Positions 39,537 to 50,116 are shown, counted from the stretch's first letter. The stretch is 64,000 nucleotides of DNA from Parcubacteria group bacterium (GCA_041649615.1 JBAZMT010000001.1:90981-154980); one strand, 5' to 3'. The notes: generated from the letters alone by a model not told the origin. Numbers and translations: made by a program.

Positions 39537-41343
39537 CTCCTTTATTGTACAAAGACTCTCCTATTTTTTGAAGCGAAGAAGAAAGCGCGGAAGAAGCGGA
39601 TTCAATTTTTTCCAAATCTTCCGAACCGAGTGTGGAACGCAAATCGGATATTTTTTCTTCAATTTCCGATCTAATCGAAGGATCAATTTTACCTTCCGCG
39701 TCTTTTAGGGCTTTCTCGGAAGAATAAACGAGCGCTTCTCCCCTGTTTTTCGCTTCAATGAGTTCTCTTTTTTTCTTATCGCTTTCCGTATTCGCCGCCG
39801 CTTCGTTTTTGAGGCGTTCTATTTCTTCTTTTGAAAGCGAAGTTTGAGCTTCGACTCTTACCGACTGACTTTTTCCGGTGGCTTTATCGGCGGCTTTGAC
39901 GCTCAAGATGCCGTTCGCATCTATGTCAAAGGAAACTTCTATTTGAGGCATTCCTCTTCTCGCCGGAGGAATTCCGTCAAGAATGAACCGCGCTAAGGTT
40001 TTATTGTCTTCCGCCATCGGACGTTCTCCCTGCATCACGCGAATTTCAACGGACATCTGATTATCGGCAGCGGTGGAGAATATCTGTGTTTTGGTTGTGG
40101 GAACGGTCGTGTTCTTCGGAATCATGGGCGTAGCTATTCCTCCTAAAGTTTCAATACTTAAAGTCAAAGGCGTTACGTCCAAAAGAAGAATGTCCTTGAC
40201 GTCTCCCTGGAAGATGCCTCCCTGGATGGCGGCTCCTTCGGCCACAACTTCGTCCGGATTTATTCCCCGGCTCGGTTCTTTGCCGAAAAGATTTTTAACC
40301 GAAGTCTGGATGGCGGGCATTCTTGTCTGGCCGCCGACAAGGATTACCTCGTCAATATCAGAAACGGAAAGACCCGCTTCCTTAACCGTGTCTTCGGTAA
40401 GGCGAGCTGCGCGTTCCACGTATTCCGAAACGAGTTCTTCAAGTTTGGCCCGGGTGATTTTTATCAAAAGATGCTTCGGTCCAGACGAATCGGAAGTAAT
40501 GTAGGGCAAGTTAATTTCGGTTTCAATGGAGGAAGAAAGTTCGTGCTTCGCCCGTTCCACCGCTTCTTTCAATCTCTGAAGCGCCAAAGGGTCTTTGGAT
40601 ATGTCTATGCCTTCTTCTTCCTTGTACTTCGCAACCACGTATTCGTTTAGTTTTTTATCAAAATCGTCGCCTCCCAGGTGCGTGTCTCCTCCGGTCGCTT
40701 TGACTTCAACGGTATCGTCTCCGACTTCAAGGACGGATACGTCAAAAGTGCCGCCGCCGAAGTCGTAAACAACCAATTTTTCGTTCTTTCCGCGATTTAA
40801 TCCGTAGGCAAGAGCCGCGGCAGTAGGTTCATTAATTATTCTTTTAACTTTGAATCCGGCTATTTCGCCCGCATTTTTGGTCGCCTGACGTTGCGAGTCG
40901 TCAAAATAAGCCGGAACAGTAATAACCGCTTCTTCTATTCTTTCACCCAATCTCATTTCGGCATCGGCGCGGAGTTTTCCCAAAACCATCGCGGAAATTT
41001 CTTCCGGCGTCATCCATTTTTCGCCGAGTTTGATTTCCACTCCGCCTTCCGCGGATTCTTTAAGTTCATACGGAAGCCATTGTTTGTCGCGTTGCACTTC
41101 TTCATCGCTCCATTTACGGCCGATGAGCCTTTTGACGGAAAAGATGGTGTTCTTGGGATTCGTTATTGATTGGCGCTTCGCCAAAATACCGACGAGACGT
41201 TCGTTATTTTTGTTAACGGCCGCTATTGAAGGAGTGGTTCTCGCTCCTTCGGAAGATTCAATTATTTCCGGTTTGCCGTCACTGCCGACAAAGGCCATGG
41301 CCGAATTGGTTGTTCCTAAATCTATTCCTATTATTTTTGGCAT
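39475..41343 (-). CDS. dnaK: Chaperone DnaK
   Basis: GIDLGTTNS, TVPAYF, DFGGGTFD, LLLDVTPL. Confidence 0.98.
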   Translation of the reverse strand: MPKIIGIDLGTTNSAMAFVGSDGKPEIIESSEGARTTPSIAAVNKNNERLVGILAKRQSITNPKNTIFSVKRLIGRKWSDEEVQRDKQWLPYELKESAEGGVEIKLGEKWMTPEEISAMVLGKLRADAEMRLGERIEEAVITVPAYFDDSQRQATKNAGEIAGFKVKRIINEPTAAALAYGLNRGKNEKLVVYDFGGGTFDVSVLEVGDDTVEVKATGGDTHLGGDDFDKKLNEYVVAKYKEEEGIDISKDPLALQRLKEAVERAKHELSSSIETEINLPYITSDSSGPKHLLIKITRAKLEELVSEYVERAARLTEDTVKEAGLSVSDIDEVILVGGQTRMPAIQTSVKNLFGKEPSRGINPDEVVAEGAAIQGGIFQGDVKDILLLDVTPLTLSIETLGGIATPMIPKNTTVPTTKTQIFSTAADNQMSVEIRVMQGERPMAEDNKTLARFILDGIPPARRGMPQIEVSFDIDANGILSVKAADKATGKSQSVRVEAQTSLSKEEIERLKNEAAANTESDKKKRELIEAKNRGEALVYSSEKALKDAEGKIDPSIRSEIEEKISDLRSTLGSEDLEKIESASSALSSSLQKIGESLYNKGDGGNNSDSGENGENKEGGQA

Positions 41344-41361
41344 TGATTTTATACTGACATT

Positions 41362-41853
41362 TTATTTTGAGACGACCACGCGCGCGGGGCGCAAAAGCTT
41401 TCCATTCCACATGTATCCTTTCTCAATTTCTTCAATGACCGTTCCCGATGGCTTATCCGATTCGGTGACGGAGATCGCTTCATGAATGGCGGGATCAAAG
41501 GGATGATCAACGGAAACGATAATTCTTTCAAGGCCGCGCCTTTTTAACATATCCTCCATTTGAGCCCGTATCATGTAAACGCCTTTTGTCATTTCCATGT
41601 CTTTATCTCCCAGAGCGGCAAGGCACAAATCAAAACTATCCATAATGCCAATCATGTCGCGGATAATATCTTCTCCGGCAAAGCGAATAACTTCGTTCAT
41701 CCGCTTCAATTCGTCATTCTTGTAATTTATGAGTTCCGCTTTCGCCCTTTTCCAGCCGTCAAGATATTCGTCTCTTTCCTTCCTCATTTTTTCTTCTTCC
41801 GTCTCCTTTACCTCGGCAGCCGAAGATTCGTTTTCAACTTCTTTTTTTGGCAT
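41362..41853 (-). CDS. grpE: Nucleotide exchange factor GrpE
   Basis: RAKAELINY, FDPAIHEA, KGY..GKLLRPARVVV. Confidence 0.95.
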   Translation of the reverse strand: MPKKEVENESSAAEVKETEEEKMRKERDEYLDGWKRAKAELINYKNDELKRMNEVIRFAGEDIIRDMIGIMDSFDLCLAALGDKDMEMTKGVYMIRAQMEDMLKRRGLERIIVSVDHPFDPAIHEAISVTESDKPSGTVIEEIEKGYMWNGKLLRPARVVVSK

Positions 41854-41955
41854 AAGTCAGCGTTATTCTAAATAAAAGACCCGCATTGTCAAGCGTTTTT
41901 GTATCCCGCAAAAGGGCTTGTCGCTACCCAATTCGGGCGATGTTATAATTCGCTC

Positions 41956-43365
41956 ATGATTTCCTTCTTCAAGGGTAATAGGCCAAAGGCGTCTTTAACG
42001 CTCTATAACACTCTTTCGGAAAAAAAGGAGGAATTTAAGCCGCAGAACGGGCGTACCGTGAAGCTCTATACCTGCGGACCAACGGTTTATAATTTCGCCC
42101 ATATCGGAAATTTAAGAACTTACATATTTGAGGATATTTTGCGAAGGACGATGGAAATCTCCGGATATCGTCCGTTTCAAGTAATGAACATTACGGACAT
42201 TGATGACAAGATAATAAAACTCTCGGTTGAGTCGCAGAAAAAGACGAAAGAAATCACTCTTCCTTTTGAAAAACATTTTTTTGAAGACATCACGAAACTA
42301 AACATTGAAATGCCCGAAAGGACTCCCAGAGCGACGGATCACGTGAAAGAAATGATCTCTCTCGTGGAAAAACTTTTAAACAAAGGATACGCCTACAAAG
42401 AAAAGGACGGTTCGGTCTATTTCAGCATTTCCAAATTCAAAGATTACGGAAAATTATCCCATCAGAATTTCAAAGAGTTAGAATCTTCCGGTCGGATTTC
42501 AAACGATGAATACGAAAAAAACGAGATCAAGGATTTCGCTTTGTGGAAAGTGAAGAAACCGGGCGAGCCTTATTGGGATTCACCCTGGGGAGAAGGAAGA
42601 CCCGGATGGCACATAGAGTGTTCCGCGATGGCGATGAAATATTTAGGAGACACTTTGGATATTCATACGGGAGGTGTGGACAACATTTTTCCCCATCATG
42701 AAAACGAAATCGCGCAATCGGAGGCGGCCACGGGGAAGCTCTTTGCAAAATTTTTCCTGCACGGGGAGCATTTGCTCGTTAACGGCGAAAAAATGGCCAA
42801 GTCGGCCGGAAACTTCTATACGCTTCGGGATATTGAAGAAAAGGGTTACGATCCTCTCTCTTTCAGATACCTTTGCCTTCAGACGCATTATCGCTCCAAG
42901 ATGAATTTCACCTGGGAGTCCCTCGGTGCGGCGGCATCGGCTTTTAATAATTTGAGACATATTTTCGCTCTTCTCCAAAGCGAGCAAAAAGAAGGAAATG
43001 CCGGGAAAATTTCCGTAGAAGGAAAAACGGCAGAGGAAAAAATGTTTGGCGCCTTGAGTGATGATTTGAACACGCCGAAGGCGCTTGCCGTTCTGTGGGA
43101 TTCGCTTAAAGACAAGGATCTATCGGTGAAGGATAAGTTGTGGCTCATAAAATATGCCGATCGCGCGCTGGGACTTAAAATTTCCGGGACGCCGGAAATA
43201 TTTGAAATAATAGTGCCCGAAGAATTGAGTAAATTAGCGGACGAGAGGGAGAAATTGAGAAAAAAGGGCGATTATTTGGCGGCCGATAAAATTAGGAAGA
43301 AAATTGAAGAAAAAGGATACGAGATAACGGATGAGCCGGGCGCATATAAGATAAGAAAAAAATGA
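41956..43365 (+). CDS. cysS: Cysteinyl-tRNA synthetase
   Basis: [25 protein letters not shown]; TATAAT 6 nt before ATG 41956. Confidence 0.96.
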   Translation: MISFFKGNRPKASLTLYNTLSEKKEEFKPQNGRTVKLYTCGPTVYNFAHIGNLRTYIFEDILRRTMEISGYRPFQVMNITDIDDKIIKLSVESQKKTKEITLPFEKHFFEDITKLNIEMPERTPRATDHVKEMISLVEKLLNKGYAYKEKDGSVYFSISKFKDYGKLSHQNFKELESSGRISNDEYEKNEIKDFALWKVKKPGEPYWDSPWGEGRPGWHIECSAMAMKYLGDTLDIHTGGVDNIFPHHENEIAQSEAATGKLFAKFFLHGEHLLVNGEKMAKSAGNFYTLRDIEEKGYDPLSFRYLCLQTHYRSKMNFTWESLGAAASAFNNLRHIFALLQSEQKEGNAGKISVEGKTAEEKMFGALSDDLNTPKALAVLWDSLKDKDLSVKDKLWLIKYADRALGLKISGTPEIFEIIVPEELSKLADEREKLRKKGDYLAADKIRKKIEEKGYEITDEPGAYKIRKK

Positions 43366-44726
43366 TGGAAAGAAGCGACATCAGAATACCTCCTCAAGAC
43401 ATCCAAGCCGAGCAGTCGGTTTTGGGAGCCGTGATGATAGACAAAGACGCTATCGGAACCATAGCCGATACGCTTGAACCGGGAGATTTTTACGATAAGA
43501 AGAACGGAATGATATATGAGGTTATGCTCCGGTTATGGGAAAAAAAGGCTCCGATCGATCTTTTGTCCCTTTCGGCGGAATTAAAAAAAGCCGGCTTTGC
43601 GGAACAAACAGGAGGCATCGGTTATCTGACCGACCTCGTTAACGCCGTTCCTTCAGCCGCTCACGTGGCGCATTATGCCGGAATCGTAAAGGAGAAAAAA
43701 ATATTAAGGGACCTAATAAGCGCTTCCGGCACCATTACCGAGAGCGCGATGGCGGAGTCCGAGGACATAGATACGCTTTTAGACAACATTGAACAAAAAG
43801 TATTTTCCATAACCAACAAGTCGGTCATAAGAACGTTCGCTTCGGTAAAAGACGAATTGCCGGCCGCCTACGAAAGACTTGAAAGAATAACTCACGGAGA
43901 CGTGACTCGCGGCGTGCCGACCGGTTTCACGGAATTGGACAACATTCTTTCGGGGCTTCAAAAGTCGGATTTGATAATAGTCGGAGCAAGGCCTTCTTTC
44001 GGAAAGACTTCGTTCGCGCTTGATATCATACGGCACGTCGGAACAAGAATCGGATTGGGAGTCGGTATTTTCTCTCTTGAAATGTCGCGGGAACAAATAA
44101 TGGACAGGTTTATTTCGGCGGAATCAAAAGTGTCTCTTTGGAAAATACGCACCGGAAAACAATTGGACGCTCTTGATTATGAAATGATACAAGCGGCGTT
44201 CGATCGCCTTTCAACGACCAGAATTTACGTTGATGACACTCCTTCTCCGAACATTTTGGAGATCAGAAGAATGGCGAGAAGGCTTCAGGCAGAAGAAAAA
44301 AATCTGGGACTCATAGTCGTGGATTATTTGCAGCTCATTCAGCCCCGGAAAACTTCGGATAATCCGGTTCAGCAAATAACCGAAATATCCCGCGGATTAA
44401 AAACAATCGCAAGAGAATTGAACGTCCCCATACTGGCCATTTCGCAATTATCGAGAGGAGTTGAACAACGGGACAACAAAGTGCCCAAACTTTCCGACCT
44501 TCGCGATTCGGGTTCAATAGAACAAGACGCGGACGTGGTGCTTTTCATACATCCCGCTTGGCGCTACGAACAAGAATTGGACAATCCGGCGCAGGAAGGA
44601 TTTACCGAAATATACGTGGCCAAGCACAGAAACGGTCCTTTGGGAGTCGTGCAGCTTCGTTTCAACAAAGAGTCCGCAAGCTTTGAAAATATTGACGTGA
44701 TTCATGAAAATACCGAATTCAATTAG
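43362..44726 (+). CDS. dnaB: Replicative DNA helicase
   Basis: GARPSFGKT, FSLEM, VDYLQL, DLRDSGSIEQDAD, KHRNGP. Confidence 0.97.
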   Translation: MMERSDIRIPPQDIQAEQSVLGAVMIDKDAIGTIADTLEPGDFYDKKNGMIYEVMLRLWEKKAPIDLLSLSAELKKAGFAEQTGGIGYLTDLVNAVPSAAHVAHYAGIVKEKKILRDLISASGTITESAMAESEDIDTLLDNIEQKVFSITNKSVIRTFASVKDELPAAYERLERITHGDVTRGVPTGFTELDNILSGLQKSDLIIVGARPSFGKTSFALDIIRHVGTRIGLGVGIFSLEMSREQIMDRFISAESKVSLWKIRTGKQLDALDYEMIQAAFDRLSTTRIYVDDTPSPNILEIRRMARRLQAEEKNLGLIVVDYLQLIQPRKTSDNPVQQITEISRGLKTIARELNVPILAISQLSRGVEQRDNKVPKLSDLRDSGSIEQDADVVLFIHPAWRYEQELDNPAQEGFTEIYVAKHRNGPLGVVQLRFNKESASFENIDVIHENTEFN

Positions 44727-45303
44727 GCTTTTCGTGGACGGTTTTTCCAAGTTGCCCGGCGTCGGTCCGCGTCAGGCCATTAGGCTTGCGTATTATCTCG
44801 CAGAAAGAAAAAAAGAAGCCGCCGATTTGGCGATCGCGATAGGCACGCTTCAAAAACTTAAAATTTGCCCGAACTGCTTTTTCACGCACGATCGCGAAGA
44901 AGAATTGTGCGGAATATGCGGCAGTCAGACGAGAAATAAAGAGGTTGTCGCCATAGTGGAAAAAGAGACGGATTTGATTTCCATTGAATCGGCAGAAAAA
45001 TATCGGGGCGTTTATTTGTGTTTGGGCGACATTAAAAAAGCGGGAAAGCTTGACTCAAATCAAAAAGAGAGGCTTGATCTACTCCGAGAAAAGGCAAGAA
45101 CTCTGCCCCAAGGAAAATTAAAAGAAATAATAATCGCTTTCAGTCCAACAACCGCGGGAGACATATCGGCTGAAATAATAGCGGAATACGTCAAACAAGC
45201 GGCGGAAAAAACGACAAGACTCGGCAGAGGAATACCGATAGGAGGAGAAGTGGAATTCGCCGATGCGGAAACTTTGATTGAAGCATTGGAAAGCCGAAAA
45301 TAA
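44704..45303 (+). CDS. recR: Recombination mediator RecR
   Basis: LPGVGPR HhH, C4 zinc finger, Toprim, GIPIGGE. Confidence 0.93.
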   Translation: MKIPNSIRLFVDGFSKLPGVGPRQAIRLAYYLAERKKEAADLAIAIGTLQKLKICPNCFFTHDREEELCGICGSQTRNKEVVAIVEKETDLISIESAEKYRGVYLCLGDIKKAGKLDSNQKERLDLLREKARTLPQGKLKEIIIAFSPTTAGDISAEIIAEYVKQAAEKTTRLGRGIPIGGEVEFADAETLIEALESRK

Positions 45304-45330
45304 AAAACCGCCAGGTAGCGGGTCTTTATT

Positions 45331-45639
45331 TTAGGCGATGCTTATAATTTCCACTTCCGAGAACGCTTGGCGATGAGTTTTCTTCTTATCAAAGCGGTTT
45401 TTGGAATGGAACTTAAAAACGATTTTCTTTTCGTCTCTTCCCTGATTTAAGATTTTTCCTTTGACTATGGAGCTTTCCAAATACGGATATCCGATTTCTA
45501 TGCCGGAATCGGTTTCCTTCAAAAGGACTTTATCAAACAAAACCTCGCTTCCTTCGGAAACGTCCAGTTTTTCGGTTTTGATTTTTTCTCCGGGGAGAAC
45601 GACATACTGTTTCCCTCCGGTTTCTATTACGGCAAACAT
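45331..45639 (-). CDS. rplU: 50S ribosomal protein bL21
   Basis: MFAVIETGGKQY...HRQ. Confidence 0.93.
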   Translation of the reverse strand: MFAVIETGGKQYVVLPGEKIKTEKLDVSEGSEVLFDKVLLKETDSGIEIGYPYLESSIVKGKILNQGRDEKKIVFKFHSKNRFDKKKTHRQAFSEVEIISIA

Positions 45640-45686
45640 TCTAGTTTCGCATTCTATCAGAGTGGTGGGGATTCTTGCAAATCGGG

Positions 45687-46016
45687 CTAGTAAATGAAAA
45701 CGATGGTCGCGATTTTCAGTAGAATTATGGCCGGGATGAAGACGGCGAGACTTCCCAAAAGATGAGAAACCATCCTGTCTTTTTTCATGATTCCCGCGGA
45801 GGCGGCGATGTTTATGCCGCAAATGACAAGAGCTACAACAGAGAGACTTAAGAGGGAATGTTTGTCCCCTATCGCTCCCTTAAGGATCAAAAACGCTCCT
45901 TCAGGAACGGCGAAAAGAGCGGAAAGAAAAACGGTAATCAAAATGGCGAGAGAAATTATGCCGTAAACGGCGAAGAGAGGCAGTCTCATTTTGAATTGTA
46001 ATTTTTCTTCGTTCAT
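45687..46016 (-). CDS. Small membrane protein (3 TM)
   Basis: 109 aa hydrophobic ORF filling the gap. Confidence 0.6.
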   Translation of the reverse strand: MNEEKLQFKMRLPLFAVYGIISLAILITVFLSALFAVPEGAFLILKGAIGDKHSLLSLSVVALVICGINIAASAGIMKKDRMVSHLLGSLAVFIPAIILLKIATIVFIY

Positions 46017-46082
46017 TTAACGGACTAATAATAAATTAAAATAGACAAAATGGAAATTTTATTGTTAAACTCAAGCCGTACA

Positions 46083-46154
46083 GGCCCTATCGTCTAGTGG
46101 TTAGGACGCCAGGTTCTCATCCTGGTAACAGGGGTTCAACTCCCCTTGGGGCTG
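46083..46154 (+). tRNA. tRNA-Glu(CTC)
   Basis: CCAGG-TTCTCAT-CCTGG anticodon arm; AGGGG-TTCAACT-CCCCT T-arm. Confidence 0.9.
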
Positions 46155-46211
46155 CAGTTTAAAAGACTATCCTGATGGTTTTTGGATAGTTTTTTAAAAT
46201 TCAGTTTTTGT

Positions 46212-46347
46212 AAGGGGAATTGAACGTTGAGTGGGGTCGGGAGAACGCTTTAAGCGGTCTCCCGTGTAGGAAGATATTAGAAACCGAGGGTTTCTAAAAC
46301 GGAGCGAGCCTAGAGCGAGCGAGTAGTTCAATTCCCCTTGGGGCTGC
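46212..46347 (+). repeat. tRNA-linked structured element, full copy after tRNA-Glu
   Basis: AAGGGGAATTGAAC (anti-T-arm), conserved two-hairpin core, then 22-nt copy of the tRNA 3' end (46326-46347 vs 46134-46155, 1 mismatch). Confidence 0.85.
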
Positions 46348-46354
46348 TATTAAA

Positions 46355-46378
46355 AAATGAGCGAAAAATCGCTCATTT
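46355..46378. terminator. Intrinsic terminator hairpin
   Basis: AAATGAGCGA-AAAA-TCGCTCATTT. Confidence 0.6.
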
Positions 46379-46859
46379 AGCACGTCATAATCGAGTGATA
46401 ATTATGATCAACCCATGACGCATCGATGCTTTCCAATTCTTCAAGAAGGTTAAATTCCTCTTCACGTCTGAGCCACCTCATAAATTTAATCCACCTGACA
46501 AACCGGAACATTGCTTTTCCATTTCTGTTTGGCTGGAATTTGGCGCAAAGGCCCGTTCCAAAAGTCGTTCCGAAACACAGAGATGAGATGACGGTGCCAC
46601 ATTCACAGGCGAGAGGAAAATAAATCGAGTCCGTTTCATAGATTTTCCCGACGCAAGCGGCCCTTCGCGTTTTCATTTGAAAACCGCTCATATGCCAAGA
46701 AATATTTTCGTGGCCGCGATAAGGCGTGTCATCAACTTTCCCTTCGGCGTTAGGCTTAATCCCCATAAATTCACAGTGCCGAAGAATACAATGTCCATCG
46801 TTTACGCACCACTGACAATACGGAAAATAATGCCCTTCTATAAATTTCTCTTGGGACAT
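46377..46859 (-). CDS. Cys/His-rich orphan protein
   Basis: AAAGGAGG SD before ATG 46859; CxxC, CxC and further Cys. Confidence 0.65.
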   Translation of the reverse strand: MSQEKFIEGHYFPYCQWCVNDGHCILRHCEFMGIKPNAEGKVDDTPYRGHENISWHMSGFQMKTRRAACVGKIYETDSIYFPLACECGTVISSLCFGTTFGTGLCAKFQPNRNGKAMFRFVRWIKFMRWLRREEEFNLLEELESIDASWVDHNYHSIMTC

Positions 46860-46923
46860 TTCGCTTCCGCCTCCTTTCAATGAACTGCGCTAAAGTTACA
46901 GCGCATCAGCTTGAGAATCAAGT

Positions 46924-48540
46924 CTACTTCAATTTGTCGGGAGCAACGCCGTAATACGAGAGTGTGAATTCGGCGAGTTCTTTAAAAGCGGGAATGACGG
47001 ACGCTCCCGCGAGGGGGTTTCCTTCGGGTTCGTCTATTCTTATCAAAATGGAAAATTTGGGATCATAGGCGGGAGCGAATCCAACATAAGTATTGATATA
47101 AGCGTCTTTATAACCGCCTTTTACCAAATCGGGTACGAGAGCCGTTCCGGTTTTTCCCGCCACGGAATATCCCAAAATGTCCGCTAATACGTTTTTCTTA
47201 ACCGCCGAGACCATCATGTCCGTAATTTTTTTCGCGGTTTCTTCCGAGATCGGTTTGCTTTCGATTTTTGATTCGCCCACGGTAATACGAGGGGCCATCA
47301 TAACGCCTCTGTTTGCGATGGCGTTTACGGCCGTAAGCATCCGAATGGGCGAAATAGATATTCCCTGTCCGTAAGAAGCGGTCGCGTAACTGATGTCATT
47401 CCCGTTTATGAGAGACTTAATGGAACCGGTAATTTCTCCCGGAAGATCAATGCCGGTGGTATGCGTAAGACCGAATTTCTCCGCATAATCAAGAAAAGTG
47501 TTTTTGCCCATTTTTTTGACGGCAAAAACGGTACCCGTGTTTATTGATTGTTCTATCACTTCGGTCATCGTAAGCGTTCCGTGCGCTTTTTTATCCCAGT
47601 TTTGAATCGTTCGGCCGTTAATCGTAAGCGAGCCTTCATCAATATAAGTCGTTTCCGGCGTAACGCTTCCCGAATCAATGGCTCCCGCCATAGTCACGAT
47701 TTTAAAAACCGAACCGGGTTCGTAGACTTCTTGAACGGCCGGATTCATGTAATCCGACATTTTCGCCGAGCCGTAATTATTCGGATCAAAAGTCGGCACG
47801 GCGGCCATGGCTTTAATCTCGCCGGTTTTCGGATCGGAGACGATGACAACTCCGCTTTTCGCGTTGAATTTATGCACCGCGTCGGCAAGTATTTTCTCGG
47901 CGCGCGCTTGAATCGTCTGGTCAATCGTAAGATACACGTCTTTGCCGTCTTTCGGCACGATAAAAGTGTCTCCGGACGCCTCGCCGGGAACTCCCGTCAA
48001 TTCTTCGTTATAAAAAGACTCTATGCCATATTGTCCGACTTCATTCGCCACAAATCCCAAGACATGAGCCGCCAAAGAAGCGTACGGATAATATCTTTTT
48101 GGTTTTTCACCCACTTTGACCCCGGGAATATCGAGATTTCTCACTTTATCGGCGACTTCATCCGAAGCGATTTTTAAGAGTTCTTCAAACGGATCGTCTT
48201 TTTTTTGGAGTTTCTGCATTATTTCTTCCGCCGGCACCTTGATCACTTCTTCAAGGCGCGCCGCGGTTTCGCTCAAATCCGTTCCCGCTTTAGCCAGTTT
48301 TTCGGGTTCGCAATAGATGAAGGGATAATTTTTCTTTATGGCCACCGGAACCGGTGTGCCGTTTTTATCGGTCATCATGATGTTGCCCCGCGCCGGATCA
48401 AGCGAGCTATTCAAAATCCGCGAGGCCGCTTCGGCGGCGTAATAATCCCCTTTCTGTATCTGTAAGTTAAAAAAACGGACGCCAAGCGATCCGTATAGCA
48501 AGCAGAACAGAGTTACTACTGCAATGAAGCGAATACCCAT
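46924..48540 (-). CDS. ftsI: Class B penicillin-binding protein FtsI/PBP3
   Basis: RGNI, RYYP, EPGSVFK, SIN, KTGT. Confidence 0.93.
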   Translation of the reverse strand: MGIRFIAVVTLFCLLYGSLGVRFFNLQIQKGDYYAAEAASRILNSSLDPARGNIMMTDKNGTPVPVAIKKNYPFIYCEPEKLAKAGTDLSETAARLEEVIKVPAEEIMQKLQKKDDPFEELLKIASDEVADKVRNLDIPGVKVGEKPKRYYPYASLAAHVLGFVANEVGQYGIESFYNEELTGVPGEASGDTFIVPKDGKDVYLTIDQTIQARAEKILADAVHKFNAKSGVVIVSDPKTGEIKAMAAVPTFDPNNYGSAKMSDYMNPAVQEVYEPGSVFKIVTMAGAIDSGSVTPETTYIDEGSLTINGRTIQNWDKKAHGTLTMTEVIEQSINTGTVFAVKKMGKNTFLDYAEKFGLTHTTGIDLPGEITGSIKSLINGNDISYATASYGQGISISPIRMLTAVNAIANRGVMMAPRITVGESKIESKPISEETAKKITDMMVSAVKKNVLADILGYSVAGKTGTALVPDLVKGGYKDAYINTYVGFAPAYDPKFSILIRIDEPEGNPLAGASVIPAFKELAEFTLSYYGVAPDKLK

Positions 48541-48818
48541 TGCGGATTTTTATCAAGAACCAGACCTTTCTCTTCGGCGATAGTTTCAAGCGCTTGCGGA
48601 TCGGTTATTTTGAAAAGGGTGTTCTTTAATTCGGCGTTTGCCGTGAGTTCGGTTTCGGTAGAATTCTTAAGAGAACTTATTTCGTGCTTCAGACTGACTA
48701 TCTTCGAATAAATACAGCCGCAAAAAGTAATGGCGCCGATAAGCAGTCCGCCGGCAAGAAATATAGCCGCTTTCCAGGCTGATTCTTTTCTTTTGTCGTT
48801 TGGTCTTAAAATCGTCAT
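48516..48818 (-). CDS. ftsL: FtsL-like cell division protein
   Basis: TM plus coiled coil, ALETIAEEKGL; between rsmH and ftsI. Confidence 0.7.
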   Translation of the reverse strand: MTILRPNDKRKESAWKAAIFLAGGLLIGAITFCGCIYSKIVSLKHEISSLKNSTETELTANAELKNTLFKITDPQALETIAEEKGLVLDKNPQWVFASLQ

Positions 48819-49688
48819 TTAGTTCATTATCGCCGCTCTTAATTTCGCCGATCTTGCTTTCGGATTTATTTTTATTTCCGAATATTTGGGGGATGTCGGT
48901 TTTTTCGTAAGTAAAGAAACAATTCCCGCGCGCGCCATTTCTTTGAATTTGTTTTTAACGATTTTGTCTTCAAGAGACTGGAAAGTTATTATCGCCGCTC
49001 GTCCGCCGGGTTTAAGGATTTTTGGAAGCGATTCCAAAACGTTTTCCAAGCTTTGGAGTTCTTTATTCGCAAAAATCCTCAAAGCCAAGAACGTCCTTGT
49101 GGCCGGATTGATCCGCCCGTGTTCGTAATGCGACGGTAAAACGGAGCGGATAATTTCCACGAGTTTGCCGGTCGTTTCAATCGGATTTTTTCTTTCCGCT
49201 TTCCAAATAGCTTCGGCGATAACATGAGCGTATCTTTCTCCCGAAACGGAAATAATTTCTTTCAAGTCTTCCCTGCTCAATCTCCTTAAAGTTTTATAGA
49301 GAGGTTCGTCTTCGTCGCTATAGGTCATCAAGAGCGGCTCATCGTTTAAAAAAGAAAATCCTCTTCCAGAATCAAGTTGATCGGAAGAAAAGCCCAAATC
49401 CAAAAGTAATCCGTCCGCGAGCGGAAGAGATTTACTTTCCAGTATTTCGGGTAAGCGGGCAAAGTTCGCGTTTACGAGAATCACTTTCACGCCGGGAATG
49501 TTAATCTCGGTCTTTTGAATAACGTTTTCGTCTCTATCTACGCCAAGAAGAGTTCCTCCGGGAGAAATCAAACGAGCGATTTCTCTCGCGTGTCCGCCGG
49601 CGCCCAAAGTTCCGTCTATGATAAACTCCCCATTTTTTGGAGAAAGCGCCTCCATAGCTTCATCCATCATTACGGAAATATGGCTCAT
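48819..49688 (-). CDS. rsmH: 16S rRNA m4C1402 methyltransferase
   Basis: DGTLGAGGH, DLGFSS, ITFQSLED, ARSAKLR. Confidence 0.96.
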   Translation of the reverse strand: MSHISVMMDEAMEALSPKNGEFIIDGTLGAGGHAREIARLISPGGTLLGVDRDENVIQKTEINIPGVKVILVNANFARLPEILESKSLPLADGLLLDLGFSSDQLDSGRGFSFLNDEPLLMTYSDEDEPLYKTLRRLSREDLKEIISVSGERYAHVIAEAIWKAERKNPIETTGKLVEIIRSVLPSHYEHGRINPATRTFLALRIFANKELQSLENVLESLPKILKPGGRAAIITFQSLEDKIVKNKFKEMARAGIVSLLTKKPTSPKYSEIKINPKARSAKLRAAIMN

Positions 49689-50116
49689 AATCCGAGTTCG
49701 CTCATTTTTTCGGCGATTTCTTCCGATCTTGATTCGGTTTCGGTTTTATAAGCATTCCATGAATTCTTATCCCAAATTTCCGCCCGGTTGTAGAGACCAG
49801 CCACAACTATCTCTTTTTCCAGTCCAGCATATTTCCGCAAATAATCAGGAATCAATATTCTGCCTTGAGCGTCTATCTCACAATCGGAAGCACCAGCAAG
49901 CATAAGACGGGAAAAAGCGCGTGAATTCGCCGCCGTCAGGGGAAAAGAAATTATTTTTTCGGCGAGTTTGTTCCATTCTTCAACGGGAAAAAGAAAAAGG
50001 CATTTGTCCAAGCCTCTCGTGACGATGGCGCCGCCGGAAAGCTGGTTCCTAAATTTGGCGGGCACGGCAACCCTACCTTTTACATCCATGTTATGTTGGA
50101 ATTCACCAATGAACAT
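49685..50116 (-). CDS. mraZ: Transcriptional regulator MraZ
   Basis: DVKGR and DAQGR motifs. Confidence 0.96.
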   Translation of the reverse strand: MFIGEFQHNMDVKGRVAVPAKFRNQLSGGAIVTRGLDKCLFLFPVEEWNKLAEKIISFPLTAANSRAFSRLMLAGASDCEIDAQGRILIPDYLRKYAGLEKEIVVAGLYNRAEIWDKNSWNAYKTETESRSEEIAEKMSELGL

